64,000 nt of DNA from Acanthaster planci (lineage: Eukaryota): assembly GCF_001949145.1 (NCBI RefSeq), contig NW_019091358.1, positions 310,961 to 374,960 of the forward strand, in the 5' to 3' direction. Positions 62,001-64,000 of this stretch are shown here, piece by piece (the first letter of the stretch is position 1; each line of letters begins with the position of its first letter). The notes beneath the pieces were generated by a model, which worked only from the letters and a program-made list of their open reading frames with translations, had not been told where the DNA came from and did no database searches. The translations under genes and the position numbers were made by a program.

Positions 62001-62887
62001 GTTCAGTGACAGCATTGATTGTGGAATCAATCAAAGTTACTGACAGATACCCAGTGACTACATTACGGATTTGTGCCAGGCATTGTAAAACATTTTAGTT
62101 CTGCCAGTAAGAAAATGCCACTTTTTCAGGTTTCCCACAGAACATCTGGAAGTCGAAGTCCATGACTGGTTCAGGACTCTCTAGGATTAAAATATGACAG
62201 TATCCAAGCCATTTTGCAAGGAAAGGTTGCTTGTTATCATGACCTGAGAGAGAACCAGACACTTGACCAGCAAGGACACAGCCTGTTAATTTATCATTAT
62301 TCCGTTATCACATCAACAGTGGCCATCAAAGATAACCCTTGCAGGATCTTGATTTCCATGTCTTTTCCAGGATATGTTTTCTCCAACAGGATTCCAGAAC
62401 ACCCAATTTTTCTCCACTTCCCCAGAATTTTTCACGACTCTCCTGGACAACTGTTTTCTGGGATATTTCAGGATTTTCCATGACCCTTTGGACCCTGCTT
62501 AAATTTGAATCAACATTAATCAGGTTCCTTAAAATTCTACATTCTCCCAAAATAGCAAACAACTCTGCTAACCTGCTTCTTTCCATATGAGGCAACAGCC
62601 CTTCCCCCAAAATGTATGACGTCACATGCCCTGGAAGTGCCCACAAAGTGGCATACGGTGAATTTTTAGAAAACCTACCCTTTGTTTTGTTCGATCGCTG
62701 ATTCTTCGACTGTTTAACTGAGGCCTTCTTGCACACTTCACAACTCCACTGACCCTTGGGCACGCGGGCCAATGGCGGCTTGCAGCACTCCATGTGGAAG
62801 GCCTTGGGGCACGTGTCGCAGCAGATCAGCTCCCCGCCATGGCCACAGTTTGTACAGGTGTCGTCATGGGCATCACTCCCAGAGGCC
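58739..62887 (-). CDS. BAZ1A: BAZ1A/ACF1-like bromodomain-adjacent-to-zinc-finger protein, 3' part (4 exons: 62679-62887, 61552-61959, 61044-61213, 58739-59044); 5' part lies beyond the window
   Basis: PHD finger, then a basic Ser/Lys linker, then a C-terminal bromodomain (ELVKHPESRPFL..VSKKAVPDYYKIIKRP...KVNAMEY..ATEFVADVQLIFTNCQQYN...GTKLRTFF) most like recalled BAZ1A. GT-AG introns with compatible phases. The paralogue call (versus BAZ1B/BAZ2) is from memory. Confidence 0.75.
60052..61010. mobile_element. Tc1/mariner (pogo/Tigger-like) non-autonomous element in the last BAZ1A-like intron
   Basis: TA|CAGTAGATTCCCGTTATAGCACTC ... GAGCGCTATAATGGGAATCTACTG|TA; 24-bp TIR with 2 mismatches, no transposase ORF recognised. 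Confidence 0.9.
61044..61213 (-). CDS. BAZ1A: BAZ1A-like bromodomain N-part (LCEELLKELVKHPESRPFLSAVSKKA)
   Basis: Helix Z and ZA-loop motif, GCA|GTGAGT donor. Confidence 0.9.
61552..61959 (-). CDS. BAZ1A: BAZ1A-like low-complexity linker exon (ESLASAARSS...RSQSLD)
   Basis: Open frame, TAG acceptor, G|GTAAGG donor, phase 1-1. Confidence 0.85.
62679..62887 (-). CDS. BAZ1A: BAZ1A-like PHD finger exon (HDDTCTNCGHGGELICCDTCPKAFHMECCKPPLARVPKGQWSCEVC)
   Basis: C4HC3 pattern, CAG acceptor, G|GTAGG donor. Confidence 0.9.
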
Positions 62888-63078
62888 CTGTGTGGGGAGG
62901 GGGGGTGCAATGGGAATTCTGAATGCAGAGCATTTGAGGAGAACAGTTTCAGAAAGGCCCATGCAAGAAGTCTGTGAGCTTTGCGAGCAAAACGACCCTA
63001 AAGTGAAGAAAATGGATTAATAAGTAATGGGTTTTGTCATGCTTTCACACGTATTAGGCCTGACGGTTGACGGACTAC

Positions 63079-63137
63079 TTAACCCTAACCCTCCTCAATC
63101 CTCCAACAGGTGAAGGATTGAGGAGGGTTAGGGTTAA
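63079..63137. mobile_element. Tiny hairpin element with TTAGGG-like arms, TTAA at both ends
   Basis: TTAACCCTAACCCTCCTCAATCCT - 11 nt loop - AGGATTGAGGAGGGTTAGGGTTAA, a perfect 24-bp stem. Confidence 0.75.
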
Positions 63138-63813
63138 TGCAAAGGATACAATTTGGATTTCATGACTAATTAGACTCTATGGTGTTCCCGGCAGCTGCAG
63201 CACAAAGCCCACAAGACTGCCGACTAGCAACAAGAAAAATGGATGGGGTAGAACTGGAGACTTGCGACTCGTAGGTTTGAGCCTTTCTGCTGTCTCATAC
63301 ACAATAGGGAATAGAAAAATAATATCGAAGCAAGGCTTTCACATTTACATCAATATCTCTCTTAAAATCAGCCATGTGAGCTGAGCAGGCTGATGCTTGT
63401 TGTTTCATAAGTGAACTGAAATTGAAGTGGCTAGCTGCTTATGGACGTGATTTAGAAAGTAACGAGGCATGCATAGGACATTAGATAAGCAGACGGACAA
63501 ATACACAGAGACTTCATGGAGACTGATGAGATATTCAACCTGCCACAGTATGTGCTTCCAGTGGCAAAGACAGACAGTGCGTTGAGCCTTCCCCTGTGTA
63601 CCGTTTTGTAAGCTAAGCACGGTGAAAAAGGAAGTTCGGCCCGCAGAAAATTTGAACAAACCCCAGAAGGGAATCCATTTGCTAGTGCAGGCCATGGTTG
63701 TAATCAGTGTTATAGCCAGCCATATTTTAGTGCAGGATAATTTTGTAAAAGCGAACGGAGGGAGCGAAGTGACGAGAGTCTCGCGGGTCACGGCCAGGGG
63801 TCCTCGTTAATAA

Positions 63814-64000
63814 CCACTTGCTGCCGGGGGCAGTTATCAATGCTGATGATTCTGGTCCGGGATAATTATCATTTTTTTTCTGTTTTCAAAATTCTTTAAA
63901 AATTCCTATCTTCATTTACTGGACACTTACAAACACGTGAAGGACTGTCTGGTGTCCACTCTAGTCTGACAGACAAAATCTATTGACGCCCGAGTATTTC
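63814..64000 (-). mobile_element. piggyBac-like family A copy 3, cut by the window end
   Basis: ATAA|CCACTTGCTGCCGGG then colinear with 29241-29425 (CTTCATTTACT.GAC, TCTGACAGACAA, CCCGA.TATTTC). Confidence 0.82.

Overview
Eukaryotic (metazoan, probably marine invertebrate) genomic DNA, intron-rich and AT-rich, with three N gaps and a single N. Most of the window is one minus-strand gene, a ZFYVE26/spastizin (SPG15) orthologue. I traced 42 coding exons by hand from the ATG at 45404 to the TAA at 2046. All introns are GT-AG and all phases join, giving about 9861 nt or about 3286 aa. The protein has an intact FYVE finger and, unexpectedly, an internal DUF547-like domain spread over seven exons (about 23300-31127) that I do not recall in vertebrate spastizin. 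The right end holds the last four coding exons of a minus-strand BAZ1A/ACF1-like chromatin gene (PHD finger plus bromodomain). Introns and intergenic DNA carry several non-autonomous DNA transposons (TTAA-flanked piggyBac-like, TA-flanked Tc1/mariner-like, and a GGG-ended family with 4-bp target duplications), tRNA-derived SINE-like pieces, minisatellites, and a ~2.9-kb tandem duplication joined at a single N that is probably two haplotypes. Family assignments come from recalled motifs; no database search was run.
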